Assembly: GCA_023920165.1 (NCBI GenBank)
Contig: CP089274.1
Span: forward strand, 1,736,001 to 1,800,000
DNA length: 64,000 nt
Direction: 5' to 3'
DNA from: Curvularia clavata
Lineage: Eukaryota
The position numbers and the translations under genes were made by a program. This document shows positions 50,116 to 62,887 of this stretch, in pieces. How positions within the stretch are numbered: position 1 is the first letter of the stretch; every line of letters begins with the position of its first letter. The notes beneath the pieces were generated by a model. That model saw only the letters and a list, made by a program, of their open reading frames with translations. It searched no databases and was not told the DNA's origin.

Positions 50116-51666
50116 TTACAACAGCATTTTCCTGGGATCCTCAATGTACTCCTTGACCTTGACCAAGAAAGTTACAGCCTCCCGTCCATCAAGCAGTCGG
50201 TGGTCGTAGGTGAGGGCAAGGTACATCATGGGCCTGATCTCCACCTTGCCGTTGATAGCAACGGGCTTCTCCTTGATAGCATGGAGACCGAGAACAGCCG
50301 TTTGCGGAAGGTTGATGATGGGGGTACCCATCAAACTGCCAAAGACACCGCCGTTGGAAATGGTGAAAGAACCACCGGCCATGTCCTCAATGGTGAGTTT
50401 GTTGTCGCGCGCCTTTTTGCCGAGGTCGGCAATGGCCTTCTCAATGCCAACCATATCCATGCTCTCGGCGTTCCTGACGACGGGCGTAACGAGTCCCTTC
50501 TCGGTAGCGACGGCGACCGAGATATCGACGTAGTCACGGTACACGATGGTGTCGCCACCGTTAGGGCCCTCGATGGAAGCATTGACAGCAGGGACATCAC
50601 GCATGGCGAGGATGCAGGCGCGGGAGAAGGCGGACATGAAGCCAAGCTTGACGCCCTTGTTCTTGAGGATCTCATCCTTGTAGAGCTTGCGGAACTCCAT
50701 GATGGACGACATGTCGACCTCGTTGAAGGTGGTCAAGGAAGCAGCCGTGTTCTGCGACTGCTTGAGGCGCTCGGCAATGCGGAGACGCATGCGGTTCATC
50801 TTGACCTGCATTGAATAGTTAGCGCACATATTAGGCAACATGAGCCATGTGGACATACGCGACGCTCCTCACGGCTACCAGGGATGGCAGGCTTGGACTC
50901 GTCCTTTGGCTTGGACTCCTTCTTGGGAGGCTCAGGCTTGGACTCGTGCCTGGGCTTCTCTTCTTGCTTGGGGGGCTCTGGCTTGGACTCCTCCTTTGGC
51001 GCCTCGGGTTGAGACTGCTCCTGTTGGCCTTGGGGTTGCGACGAAGTCTCCTGCTCCTTGGGTGCGGCTTCTTTGGGCTCTTCGCTGGCCTCCTTTTTTC
51101 CACCAGCGGGCGCAGCGCCGGCCTCGAGCTTCACAATTTCCTGTCCAACCTTGACGGTGTCCTCTTCGTTGACAAGGAACTCCTTGATGATACCAGCCTC
51201 GGGCGCATTCACGGCTACGTCGATCTTGTCGGTCTCAATGGTTGCGATTTCCTCATCTTGCTCGACGTGGTCGCCAACCTCTGCACACGGCGTTAGCTTC
51301 TGGCCGCAATGGAGCACTGGGAAATGACCGCACGTTTGGACCATTGCTTGAGGGTTCCCTCGCTAATGGACTCGGCCATCTCGGGGACCTTGACAATGAC
51401 GTCGGCATAGGTTCTTGTCTGGTCGAGAGCGCACAGGCGCAGCGTGGAGAGGTGTCCAGGTCGTCTGTGTGGGTGTCAGGCAAAGGCATTGGGGGTTGGG
51501 CGAGAGAAGGGCGGTACCTTGAGGCCTGGCCGAGGAGACCAGAAGAGCTGGCTCTTGTGACGGCTGAGTAGGAGCGGGCTTGGGGCATGCATCGTGGGCT
51601 TGGGCGCAAAGCTCGCACAGAGCGCAGGGCAGCTGGCAGGCGGCGGAGACAGTGCTGGCCAGACAT
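50116..51666 (-). CDS. KGD2: Dihydrolipoamide succinyltransferase (2-oxoglutarate dehydrogenase E2), multi-exon
   Basis: Lipoyl domain IETDKIDV, catalytic [12 protein letters not shown], mitochondrial-type N-terminus. Confidence 0.97.
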
Positions 51667-51975
51667 GGTGGGCGGCTAAGCGAGTAGGCAAAAGAAAGGA
51701 AAAGAGATGGGAGGGAACGAGATGGACGCCGAGCGACGGGCTTGGGGGGCGAGGGGAGCGGGCTTGAGGCAATTGCTGTCGAGGTCTGAGGCAGAGGCAG
51801 GCACGCTGCACTGCACAGGCTTCTGACGTCCCACCCACCCGCAGCCGGAAACCGCGCCCCGTCACAGGCACGCCCGCCAAGCCCGCGCCCTCAGCCGCCC
51901 TCAACACCTCACACGCCTCCGCGACCCAACAGCGAGCGCCATTGCGGCCACCATCGACGTCCTGCACCGCCCGCC

Positions 51976-52560
51976 ATGAGCTCAAAAACACATGTCCTGT
52001 ACGCGCTGCCCCCCGTGAAGTCCTGATGCGCCCTCGCTCAAGCTGACGCCGCCGCAGCCGCCTCTACAGGCAGTCTCTGAAGCTCGCCCTCGACTGGAGC
52101 GTCCACCGATACCTCTGGCGCGGACAGGCCCTCTACATCCGCGAACTCTTCGAGGCCAAGAGGAACGTCACCGACCCGCGACAGATGAGGGTGCGTCTCG
52201 CCATTCCCGCTGCCATGCATACACACATACTCTCTCCACACCCACACGCATCATGGCTGTACCAAGAACACTTCTAACAGCATGCACAGGACTTGATCAA
52301 GGAGACGGAAGAGCTTCTCGACAAGTGGAAGCATCCGGATCCTTACCGCCCACCTACGGCTCCCGGAGGTTCGTTACTCCCTCCTCGCCGGATACTTTTC
52401 CGCGTCGGCCGCGGACAGGACTACGCTGACAGTTTCCATAGGTTCCAAGTACGAGCGCAACGTGCCTTGCCCAATCACCGAACGTGAGTTTCTCATTCAC
52501 TCCCTCGCAGAGACGACCAGCATTGACCTGCCTTTAGCTCCGCCAAAGATGATTTTGTAG
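51976..52560 (+). CDS. NDUFB9: Complex I LYR-family subunit B22/NDUFB9, multi-exon
   Basis: Spliced LRLYRQSLKLALDW...WRGQALYIRELFE...WKHPDPYRPPTAPGGSKYERN. Confidence 0.92.
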
Positions 52561-52666
52561 TGTTTGCCATGGGAACCAGTGTCCGAGTCAACTTGTACAT
52601 ACTATATCGAAACAGTGCCACTACCGCAGTAGCACACAATATCACAGTCGATGAAGCCCATGGCCT

Positions 52667-54772
52667 CTACCCAGTCTGAAACTTCCTCACCCTACGTACA
52701 GTGTTCAAATATCCCATGTTCTCTATGACATGCTCCTTTTCCACCCACGGCGCTGCATCCTTGAGAGCCTTTGGTGCCTGTGTATCCTTTGCGTCTGCGC
52801 TTTGCTGCATACACGCGTCCTCTGTATATGCCCACTCTGGCATATCGCAACAGCCTCCAATAAGTACCGTCCTTTCGGGTGATAGATGGTATAATAATGA
52901 CTCGTGCGTCTTCGGCACAAGGACCTGCATCACCTTCTTCTCTGCATCGAAGCCACGAATCATTGCAGTGCAAATAACCTTTGTTGTGCGCGGGTCCAGT
53001 GGCTGTACCATGCCCAGTGATTCGGACCCTGGGAAGAACGGAAGACGATACTTCTTGGTTCGTGGAAGAGAGGTGTAAGGGGCCGGCACAGCCGACGACG
53101 TGGACTGAGCAATTTGCACAAGGGATCCATTCAATGCATGCATCAAGGAAGCAGCCTCAACGGGTTCTGAATACATTGCCAAACCCACTACATCTTGCAT
53201 CCGCTCACTGGTCTCCTCGTAGCAGAACTCCCATGGTACGGCGTGCGAGAGTGGCTCAGCACTCCAGTTCATCACCTGTCCTTGTCCAATGCTTGTACTG
53301 GCAGATTGGAGGTGGAAGTAGGACTGCAGCTGCATAGCACGCAGTTCAGTCTCCGTCCTCATTGGCGCCAACTGTGCGTGCTGCGCAGTGATCTCATACA
53401 CTGCACCATGGTACTGTGACGCAGCAGTCTGCAGCATGTGTAGCCTTGTTGCTGTTTCCGTGTCAATGGCTCGCGTATCCCCTACGTGGACCACATTATG
53501 TGGTCTCAGTCTTGTGAGCAGCTTGTTGAGTACGTCAAACTGTGTCGAGTAGAGGAATCCAGGTGTATCAACAACGAGCGGTAGAAATGGGTCTTGAGAG
53601 TGCATGCTGCGGTATGCTCGGAACAGATCTTCAACGCAGGCCTCGTAGTGATCAGAGTAATTGGCCAAGTTGGTAGGAATGGCATGTGAGTACACCAACT
53701 CATTGGCGGCCGTATCTTTTGGTTGCGTCACAATGGACGGATGAGCGAAACTTGGTCCTAGGTTCAATTGCCTGACAATAACGAGAGATATCTGTCCCCC
53801 AGGCGTATACTCTTGTTTCCTTGGATCAAGGTCCATGTAGCATACAGCTGGCACAGCTGGAGCAGTCTTTCCCAAGCCTGTAAGGGACCGGTTGATGAAC
53901 CTCTTAACAAATGTTGATTTTCCTGAACTCAATGAACCAACAACGACAGTTGTAGATGGGCTACCTGCACAGTCCTCAATGGAGCGCAGCCAGTCCTCGG
54001 GTGCCATTTCAGGACACAATGGTCGGGAAAGCGCGTCGGTACTTGTTTCAGTCACCTGCAGAAATAGTCAGATTGTATGCGGAATGTGAACCTGCTTCAG
54101 CCAATGTACAGACTGTTGGTTTATTCTGTGTCCTCTGGTCCAAAAAAGAGCAGCACTTACAACACGAAACGATCTTTCTCTCTCATGCATGTGTGAATCA
54201 ACGTTCCAAATATTCTCAAAGAGTGGACTGATGACAGCAAGAGGCGCTGGTGCTCTGCACGACTGGAATCGTATATGATTTGTGCCGTCCAGCCCACGAA
54301 TCTTGTAAATAGGACTAGTAGCCGGCACATAAGCTCGATACACTCTGTTCTTCTGGCCGTCTCGACCAACTGTACCAATATTGGCGCCATTGATATGAAT
54401 GGCCCCTCTTAGTACCATGAGTTCAAAACAGCCTATGAGTGCGATGGTCGCGTGTTTGCTTAGATTGATGGTGAGTTCGGTGTCGCTCTCTGAGACGATG
54501 TTCTGGGGTTCGTGTCGCCAATTACAAAGTTTGAGGTTGCGCTGTACGGGCACATTTTCCCCATCTGAGTCTGAATCCTCATGCTCTGGATCCGTCTCCC
54601 CCATTAACGGACTTGCTGGTACAGATATTTGCTCAAAAGTGACTTCTGATATTTTCTCGACTTTAGTTGCAGCTTCTGTTCTTAGGCGAGCTGCCGCAAT
54701 CGCAGTAAGCGGTTTTCCGTTAGCGGCAGTTTGTGCGCTGAAATCTTCGCCTCTTTTTCGTTTTCCCGGCAT
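52667..54772 (-). CDS. GRC3: Polynucleotide 5'-hydroxyl kinase Grc3/Nol9; intron 54056-54160
   Basis: P-loop GSLSSGKST, DLDP..QEYTP.G and VVDTPG of the Clp1/Grc3 family. Confidence 0.9.
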
Positions 54773-54961
54773 CTGGAATGCTAATAAATTATTGGTGTTG
54801 TAATCCCGGCTGATGGTGTTGAAGGGCTGAGACGCGTGGATTTTATCTGGGTTGCGCCTGTGGCCTAAAGCGGACTAGCGCCCGTGTGGCTGGAGGTCCG
54901 CGCGCAAAAAGTTCCAACTGAATGAACTCACTTTCGCAGAGAGCAAAGCTCAACACACACC

Positions 54962-56319
54962 ATGAAGGACGTGAAGAAGACCAAGGTGCCGCTACCTCCC
55001 TCCAAGCCGAAGAAAAAGTCTCAAGATGCTCCGTCGAAACCGCAGTTGAGCCAGGAATTTGTCGATAGCGACGCCGATTCTGCGAGTGAGAACACCGCGC
55101 GACCGAAGGAGAGCGAGAAGCCCAAAACCACCATTGGCATCCACGTAAACGGCGTCCCGAAATCGAAGACCAAGTCCACTAAGACAGATGCGGCGGCTTC
55201 AAATTCTTCGTCAAAACCAAGTGCACCCCCCGTAAAAAAACCGGCGTCCAAGCAAATCGTGACGCAACGCGATGCTGCAGACTTGTCGAGCTCGGAGGTC
55301 AGCGACGATGACGATGCGCACGCTCGGGACACACAAACCAAACTCCCAGGCAATGAGGTGAAGACAGATGTTTCGAGCGATAGCGACAGTGATAGCGACA
55401 GCACAACCAGCTCAGATAGCTCGAGTGAAGAATCGGATACCAACGATGCGCCGCAAGTGGCACGCATTCCGGCACCATCGCAGCCTCAGACACAAACACC
55501 AACACAGTCGCATGCTGTAGACTTCCGACCAACAAAAGCTTTTGTACCTCCCAAAGGATTTAATCCTCTGCCACTAAACGACAAGACTATTTCGAGACCT
55601 TCGACAAGCCTATTTGATAATTTGGAAGGAAAACAACTGTGGCATATCACTGCTCCAGCAGGAGTTTCATTCAAGGACCTCAAGGAGCTCGCAATAGACA
55701 AGATCAAAGGAGGGGAGGCGATCTTGAGCCACAAAGGCACCGACTATGGCTTCTCTGAACTGGAGAAGAATGAGGATGGTACACGGCAAGTTTTTGTGCC
55801 CAGAAAGGATGGAATGAAGCCAGGTTCGTTTGTTGATTACTGCTAATGAGGTCGTGACTGACTGTTCTAGTATTCGCTCGGATAGACCAGACTCTGCGCC
55901 TAAGGGCTGTTGTGCGACTACCCAAGCTCAGCTCCCTCCAGGCAGACCAGAAGACGGGCTCAGAGGCAGCAGCCTCGATAACGCGATCCACCATTCGGGC
56001 ACCAAGACCCCAGGTTACTGGCCTAAGGATGCGATTCCTTCCCACTGGCTTTAGCGGCACTGACCCGGGGACCATCGGCGACTCTGATGATGAAGCAGAG
56101 CCCGTCCGGGAAACGACCGTGCTTGGAATGCCAGAGGCTAGCAAATTGTCCAAGAAGCAGAAGAGGAAACACGCCGATGTCAACGGCACGGAGACAAGTG
56201 AAGCGCCATCGAAGAAAAGTAAGAAGCACCAAGACTCTGAAGAAGCCAAGAGGAAGGCGGAGAAGAAGGCCAAGAAAGAGAAGAAGCGCGCAAAGGAGGC
56301 GGCTTCTGTGGGTTCGTGA
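54962..56319 (+). CDS. RPA34: RNA polymerase I subunit A34.5-like; intron 55824-55870
   Basis: GKQLWHITAPAGV motif, GLRMRFLPTGF and a Lys-rich C-terminal tail. Confidence 0.8.
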
Positions 56320-56973
56320 GGTTGCTCGAGAGGGATTGTAACGGATGGATATCTTTGGAGGGATCCTGGAACCTATGGGATCGTGCAGCAAGCAAGCGAG
56401 CGAGGGAGCTAGAACAATAAAACGACGCATCACTTGGGGCGCCAATTGGCACGACTCGCACCTCGAGAGCGGTGCTGCGAAAGGGTGTTTGGGACGCCGA
56501 TGCGTTGTTGAGGCTGTAGCACGAGCAGTGACTGGAGAGGGAAGCTAGCGCTGGGCACGCGCAAACTACATAGGCCAGGTCAGCAGAATAACAAGCACGT
56601 TGAAGCCCCGTCGCATGTCGCCATGGCAGTGTAGCGTATGTTAAATGGTGGTAGGCAGCATGGGTTTGATGTTTCGCACTGTCAAACACCTGGCAGGGGC
56701 TGTACATATCTGCACGTAGGTATGCATTGGGCGTTAGGCGACATGGGTCTTGGCTGGGACGCCCGGGCGGGAATGACGAATTGACACTAGCGCAGGGCTA
56801 AACAACGCGCTCTCTGTTGTCACCGGCGAGCAAGGCCAGGCCATCCACCGCAATTGTCGCCAACCTTTGACTCGACTGCAGCCCTGGCCGCTGCAACATG
56901 TGCATGACCAGGCCTCGCGCTTCTTGTACCCCCCGCGCCTGCCCTGCTTGCTGTTGTGCGTGCATCTGCCGCC

Positions 56974-59900
56974 ATGTCCTCCAACGACGCTCCCGTCTCC
57001 ACCACTGAGCCCTTGCAAACAAAGCCCGACTCGACACTCTCGACCACCACCACCGCCGCCGCCGACGAGCACATGGCCCACGACACATCCCAAGACGACC
57101 CTGACCAGCTTTTTGACCAGCCCGACTCAGACCTCCCGCCCCTCCCTCTCGGCGACGACGACAGCATCATCCCCGATGTAGTCGGTGAAGAAGACGCGCG
57201 CCATGACGAGAGCGCCTTTGACCATGGCGAGATGAAGCGCCAATTGATGGACATAGAGTCGAGCTTCATACCGGAAGCACCCATCCATGCCGAAGCAACA
57301 CAGATACTGCCGGGGGCCGACGACACGTACCTGTTCGGGGGCTCCCCAGGAAACTCGCAGCAGTCGTCTCGTCCAGCCCATGACGAATCAGCAATGCGCA
57401 GGGTCATGGACACTCTTGAAGAGATGACGAAGCCGAAAAAGAAGCCCAAGAAGCTCGAGGTGCGAAGTGGGCATACGCCTACCAGTTCGCAACACAGGAA
57501 CTCCTATCACGCAGACTCCCCTTCCTTCTCAGACAGCCCTACACCTGCCACTGCTTACAAGGCGCCCGCTACTCAGCCTCTACATCAAGGTGCTGATGAC
57601 TCCATTGAAGACTCTATAGACGCCGACACATCGATATCAGATGTGGCCCCTTCCTCGCCCTCCGCACAAGCAGCGCAACGAAGCCAGTCACGCGTCATGG
57701 CAGAGGAAGTTGCACATCATGCACCGGATGATAACTACGAGGGTCATGGGGAAGAGGAAACAAATGATGCAATCTCACAAGACAGGCAAACCGCTCTAGG
57801 TGCCCAGCAAAAAGAAGGTGACATGCGGCGTCCGGCATCCAGTGCTTCTACAGTCAAGGCCCCGGATTTCTCCCAAACAGAAGACGGCTCCTCGCTCACA
57901 AACACGACTGAATCCAGCGTTGACAGTGCAGCCATGCCCCCGCCAGCTGTTCCCGCGAGCTCACTAAAGGTAAGCAATCGACCAGACTACCTGCACCACC
58001 GCAATTCGAGTCAGCGGTCATCCGTGTCCTCCCTGACAAATCGCTCTGATGCATCTGGAGATGGCGCAACCGAATCGAGCCTAGGTGCAGACTTTGCCCT
58101 TCAAACTGGAGGTGCGGTTCCACGCTCCAGCGCACCACAGAAAATGAGCATTGCCCTATCACGCCTACCGAGTTTGGGTAGCATCGCATCATCCATGTCG
58201 GGGTACAGTGACACTAACCCTTGGGATAAGGGCCGGAGTATTAGTGCCAATTCCTTATCCGGCTTTCTGCAACCAGATAATAGCTTGGGTCGTTTAGACG
58301 AAGAAGTGCCCGGCAGTGCAACACCGCCCGAGACGCCGCGTGCTCCTAGTGTTCAGCCTGCTGCACCTACCGACACAGTCATTGCTAGACACGTTCAGGA
58401 TATCCAAGTCCCTGATTCTATTGCCCGGGACTTCCGAGCTAAGCACTCGCGGTCGCCCGACAAACGGCACATGGCCACTCCCTTCACACGGAGCAAACAT
58501 AATCTGACGCTCAAGGAACAAAACAGTAAGATTGACAAACTCAGCAAGGAAAACTTTGACCTCAAACTCAAAATTCACTTCCTGGATCAAGCGCTCCAGA
58601 ACCGATCGGACGAGGGAGTCAAGGAGATGATTTCAAAAAACGTTCAACTCCAGACAGATCTAGCTACCGAGAAGAAGGAAGGCCAGTCTATGCGAAAGAA
58701 GATCAGAGACCTAGAGCGCAGACTCAAGGCTCAAGAAGAAGGATCTGCTAACGCCAAGGACGTTGCCAGTGGCTCTGAGGATGGAAGAAGCGAACCCTCC
58801 TCGCGACAAGCAGAGCTGGAAGAAGAGATTGAGTTCCTCCGAGAGCGCTTGGAGTCTACCGAGATTACAGTAGATCAGTGGCAGCAGGAAGCGCTTCAAA
58901 AGGAGGCCGACAATCGACGCATGGCCGACTACATCAAGGCCATGCGGGAAAAGGGCTCTGGCGGCGATTCCGCCGGCGTCGATGAGGCCATCAATATGTG
59001 GAGGGAGGATTTCGAAGACGAGCGAGCAAGGCGCGAGCAAGTCGAGGTTCGCTGTCAACAAGCAGAGGCTGAGGCAGAGCAACTCCACGAAGAGGTCCAG
59101 CGTCTAAAGGAGCAGATGCAACAAATGCAACAACATTCTGTGCCGAACCACCATGTGAATAAAACCTTCAGCAACTCACGGCGCATTCACCAATCTTTCA
59201 CAGCACGCTCAAACGCTGATTCTGACGGCAATGACCCTGCCGCACCTGTGTCAACAGGTGGTACAAGCACCACGCTTGTAGAGCAACTGCAAAACGACAA
59301 CGACAAGCTGCAGCGAGACTTACATGCACAGGCTTCTATGCTTACATCAAGAAATCGAGAAAACCTTCGCTTGAGGGAAGAGAATGAGAGCTTGAAGCTT
59401 ACCATTAGAAGGGGCGATGCTGGGTCGACTACCGGTGATAGCATCCTGGAGCGCTCAATTTCTCGCAACCACATGCGATCTGTCTCACGTGCAAGCGGCG
59501 GTACTCGCAACACGCAAACAAGCGACCCTGAACGAGATGATTACGAAAGCAAGAACGCAGCCCTGCGAGATGAACTATCGCACTTGAAGCTTTCGTACAA
59601 AGAGCTTGATGATCAGTTGAACGGTCATCTTGATATGCTTGAAACCTCGGAGAACAAGGTGCGGGAACTGGAAAGGGAGATAGAGGCTCAGACAGAAGAT
59701 CTCCAGGCCCTAGCCAGTGAACGTGATGAAGCTTTGGAGTTGCTACAAGACAAGGAGCAAGAGTGCGAAGAGCTGAGACAAGAAGCCTTGGATACCGTAC
59801 AACGGCTGGAAATCGAGCTTGAGCAGAAGCAGAACGAACGGGATCGCCTCTATACCGATCTGGAGAACATTACCGAAGATTTCCACGCATTACAGCAGGA

Positions 59901-61767
59901 AATGAAGAACGTCAGCGAAAGCCTGTTGCAGCTCGAAGATGATCGAGATGCAAGCCTGCGTAAGATTCAAAATCTCGAGACCGAACTCAGCGATGCCAAC
60001 GAAGAGTTGAACAAACAAGACAAAGTCATCAGCGAGGAAAGGTCGAAGAATGAGCGGTTGGATATTCAGCTCGAGTCATGCCAGGGTGAAATCGATTTTC
60101 TCCGAGAAGAGCAGGAAAGCGACAAAATCAAGATTGGTGAGCTCGAGTCGGCTTTGAGCCACACCCAAGCCTCTCTGCAAGAGGCCAGAGAGCGTTCCCG
60201 AGATTTGGAGGAGCGTATGGCAGAAGAGAGGCAGCAACGCGACGTCTTGGAAACCCAAGAGAAACAAGAAGTGGAAAAAATCATTACAGAGCTTAATGTT
60301 CAGCTGACCAAACTCAAAGAGGACAACCGGAAGCTTCGAAAGAACCTGTCTGGCAAAGAAGTTGAGGCTTCAACCTGGCAGCAACGGCATGATGAGCTGG
60401 AGCAGACTCTTCGTGAGTCCCTGGGTAACCTCAATGGCACAAGGGCAAGCCTCTTCAAGGTTCGGAATCATGTCCCTACTTACTACATTATCTGCTCACA
60501 CATTATACAGGACATCACGAAGCTCCAACGAGATCTCCAAACTACTACTCAAGAACTAGATGTTGTCAAAACTGACCTCGCAGAGAAGGACCGGCTTCTA
60601 CGTAACCGTGATACTCTACTGGAAAACACTGGAATGGAAAGCCGTCGTTTGTCTGAGCTGCTTGAGCGTGAGCGCCAAGCACGTAGACAAGATCAAGCAG
60701 CATTTGAGAATGCCAAGCGCAGCCACCAATCTACTGCCAGGGCAGCGCAACAGCATGAAGCAAAGATTGTTGAACTCGAAAGCCTCCGTAACCAGGACCG
60801 TCACAGACTCCACAATCTGGAGAAGCAGTACAAGGAACAGCTACTTGAGCGCAACAATCTTCTGTATGCTCTATGGAACCGTCTGTCCACTCTTTGTGGC
60901 ACCGAATGGTCCCGTAACCATGCCCTGATCAACGGAGAGCTTACTTCTATGGAGCTCATCTCGAAAAATGTCCAGGGCTTTAACAAGAATATCATTTTCG
61001 CGGTGAGGACCGTGGAAGGTATCATCGGTAGTTTCAAGCAAAGGATCAGGAACATCGAGAAAGACTTGGTCCGTGACTATCAAACTCTCGAACATACCCT
61101 GGAAAACCGTGTCAAGAGACTAGACCAGCTTGAAAAGCTTGTCATGGCACAGCGTCAGTCAATCGGAAGACCTAGCACCGTTCGTGGCGGTATCGTCGAC
61201 CTGAATACAGCCGAGATTAACAAACTACGATCTGAGAACAAGACTTTGCGATCCGAAGTTCAGACCCTTCGTGCTATCACCACAACCACACAGTCTGGAA
61301 ACGATGTCATTCTCAGTCGTTCTTCGTCACGGGCCGGGTCGCCTACCTCGTCCAAGCGTGCTAGCATGGCACAAACGCTCCTGCGTGCGCAGTCCGCCTC
61401 CGTTGTTGAGCACCTGTCATCGTCGACGCCGGGCCATCCCTATCCTGCTGCTGGGCCCGTTCAGCCAAGTGAGCAGAAATGGATACATCGCCTCAAGGAA
61501 CTGGAGCGACGGTTGAAGGCTGAGCGAGAGGCGCGACTTCTGGATCGTAGCGGCGCCAGGAAGCGATTGGAGCAAAAAGTCGAAGAAAATGCCGATTTGA
61601 GGGCCGCACTAGAGAAAGAAAGAGACCGAAGGGACGAAGAAAATGAAAGCGTGCAAAGAAGTGCATCAGCTAGTGGAAACCGAGTTGGGGGAAGTGGACG
61701 TGCCAGCGTGGTGGGAAGCATGAGACACGCCAATGGCAAAGACAGAGACGGAGGAGAGATGTACTAG
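56974..61767 (+). CDS. apsB: ApsB/Mto1-like microtubule-organising-centre coiled-coil protein
   Basis: CM1 motif LTLKEQNSKIDKLSKENFDLKLKIHFL, long coiled coil, C-terminal KWIHRLKELERRLKAEREAR; probable 51-nt intron at 60460-60510. Confidence 0.92.
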   Translation: MSSNDAPVSTTEPLQTKPDSTLSTTTTAAADEHMAHDTSQDDPDQLFDQPDSDLPPLPLGDDDSIIPDVVGEEDARHDESAFDHGEMKRQLMDIESSFIPEAPIHAEATQILPGADDTYLFGGSPGNSQQSSRPAHDESAMRRVMDTLEEMTKPKKKPKKLEVRSGHTPTSSQHRNSYHADSPSFSDSPTPATAYKAPATQPLHQGADDSIEDSIDADTSISDVAPSSPSAQAAQRSQSRVMAEEVAHHAPDDNYEGHGEEETNDAISQDRQTALGAQQKEGDMRRPASSASTVKAPDFSQTEDGSSLTNTTESSVDSAAMPPPAVPASSLKVSNRPDYLHHRNSSQRSSVSSLTNRSDASGDGATESSLGADFALQTGGAVPRSSAPQKMSIALSRLPSLGSIASSMSGYSDTNPWDKGRSISANSLSGFLQPDNSLGRLDEEVPGSATPPETPRAPSVQPAAPTDTVIARHVQDIQVPDSIARDFRAKHSRSPDKRHMATPFTRSKHNLTLKEQNSKIDKLSKENFDLKLKIHFLDQALQNRSDEGVKEMISKNVQLQTDLATEKKEGQSMRKKIRDLERRLKAQEEGSANAKDVASGSEDGRSEPSSRQAELEEEIEFLRERLESTEITVDQWQQEALQKEADNRRMADYIKAMREKGSGGDSAGVDEAINMWREDFEDERARREQVEVRCQQAEAEAEQLHEEVQRLKEQMQQMQQHSVPNHHVNKTFSNSRRIHQSFTARSNADSDGNDPAAPVSTGGTSTTLVEQLQNDNDKLQRDLHAQASMLTSRNRENLRLREENESLKLTIRRGDAGSTTGDSILERSISRNHMRSVSRASGGTRNTQTSDPERDDYESKNAALRDELSHLKLSYKELDDQLNGHLDMLETSENKVRELEREIEAQTEDLQALASERDEALELLQDKEQECEELRQEALDTVQRLEIELEQKQNERDRLYTDLENITEDFHALQQEMKNVSESLLQLEDDRDASLRKIQNLETELSDANEELNKQDKVISEERSKNERLDIQLESCQGEIDFLREEQESDKIKIGELESALSHTQASLQEARERSRDLEERMAEERQQRDVLETQEKQEVEKIITELNVQLTKLKEDNRKLRKNLSGKEVEASTWQQRHDELEQTLRESLGNLNGTRASLFKVRNHVPTYYIICSHIIQDITKLQRDLQTTTQELDVVKTDLAEKDRLLRNRDTLLENTGMESRRLSELLERERQARRQDQAAFENAKRSHQSTARAAQQHEAKIVELESLRNQDRHRLHNLEKQYKEQLLERNNLLYALWNRLSTLCGTEWSRNHALINGELTSMELISKNVQGFNKNIIFAVRTVEGIIGSFKQRIRNIEKDLVRDYQTLEHTLENRVKRLDQLEKLVMAQRQSIGRPSTVRGGIVDLNTAEINKLRSENKTLRSEVQTLRAITTTTQSGNDVILSRSSSRAGSPTSSKRASMAQTLLRAQSASVVEHLSSSTPGHPYPAAGPVQPSEQKWIHRLKELERRLKAEREARLLDRSGARKRLEQKVEENADLRAALEKERDRRDEENESVQRSASASGNRVGGSGRASVVGSMRHANGKDRDGGEMY

Positions 61768-62887
61768 TACGTACTGTTGACGGTGTTTTTCTTTTCTTTT
61801 CTTTGGTATATTCTTTTATACCACTTCACCTCTGCTAGACTTTTAAGCGCTTTCTGTAGTTTGCTGTTGGGTTTTTCTTTTCACGACCTAATGTATAACG
61901 AGGACAAGCTTGGTTGCTAAATAGGCGTGAGGGCATTGCCATATATTTCTTGGGGTAATTTCGGTATGTCATCTTTGAGGGAGAAAGACGGCCAGTGGTT
62001 TAAATGGAACATGATACCTCGGCGTATGTGATAGACGGCTCTATTATTTTATCTTTGAAACTAATACTTACGGGCAACGTCATGATTTTCTTCCTAAAAA
62101 TCTGATTTGGGATATACAGCGTACTCGTCGTGTGCCCAGAGAGCAGCAGTCACTACTTCTGAGTGAGAAACACTCGGACTTTTCATCATGCTCTCTTACT
62201 CGATAGCAGTCATTTGACCATCCCAAGAAATCCGCTGATCGTAATCAGACTTACGTGCGAGCTGTTAGGTCAATTCACAGCGTGAATAATAGTTCGTTTC
62301 CACTTACAGCGTATATATCTCAGGCACGTAAAAGCTGTGAGGTGATAGTTCACTCATTTACTTGGCCACCAGTCATGAGGGCTACCGTTGATTTACCGCT
62401 CAACTAGTCAACTCTGACCTTTAGTCTAAGGTAATGCGCAGCCTCGTTTCTCTATTGCAAGTATAGTCGCTCGTGGTAATGTCCACTTCTCGTACATTGT
62501 TGTGATAATACCTGGTCCTTATAGAGTGTTTCCTCAAGCGAAGCCATGAACTCGAATCAGAATCTCACTTACAACCGGCAGAGCGCAAGTCTGAATCCAA
62601 CATGGTGAGCTTACTTTGTACTCAGTAACATAGCCGATTGCTAACTTCCAAACAATAGCTATCACAACCTAACGTCTTCGTTAACACCAGCACCAACACC
62701 ATTATCTCGTTCCCAGCCATCAGGCGATTCTGATCTCTTTGCAACTCTTCTGTTCGATCGTCAACGGGCTTATCAACGGTCATCAAGCACCTTCCTCGCG
62801 CCCCATTCTTCATCACCATCTACAATCAGAGACTTCAACCCTGCCACACAAAGTCTCCAGTTGAAACACGGAGCTCAGGTCGCAGTC

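Noticed and set aside
50200..51296. Long plus-strand ORFs opposite KGD2
   Set aside because: Antisense shadows of a codon-biased gene.
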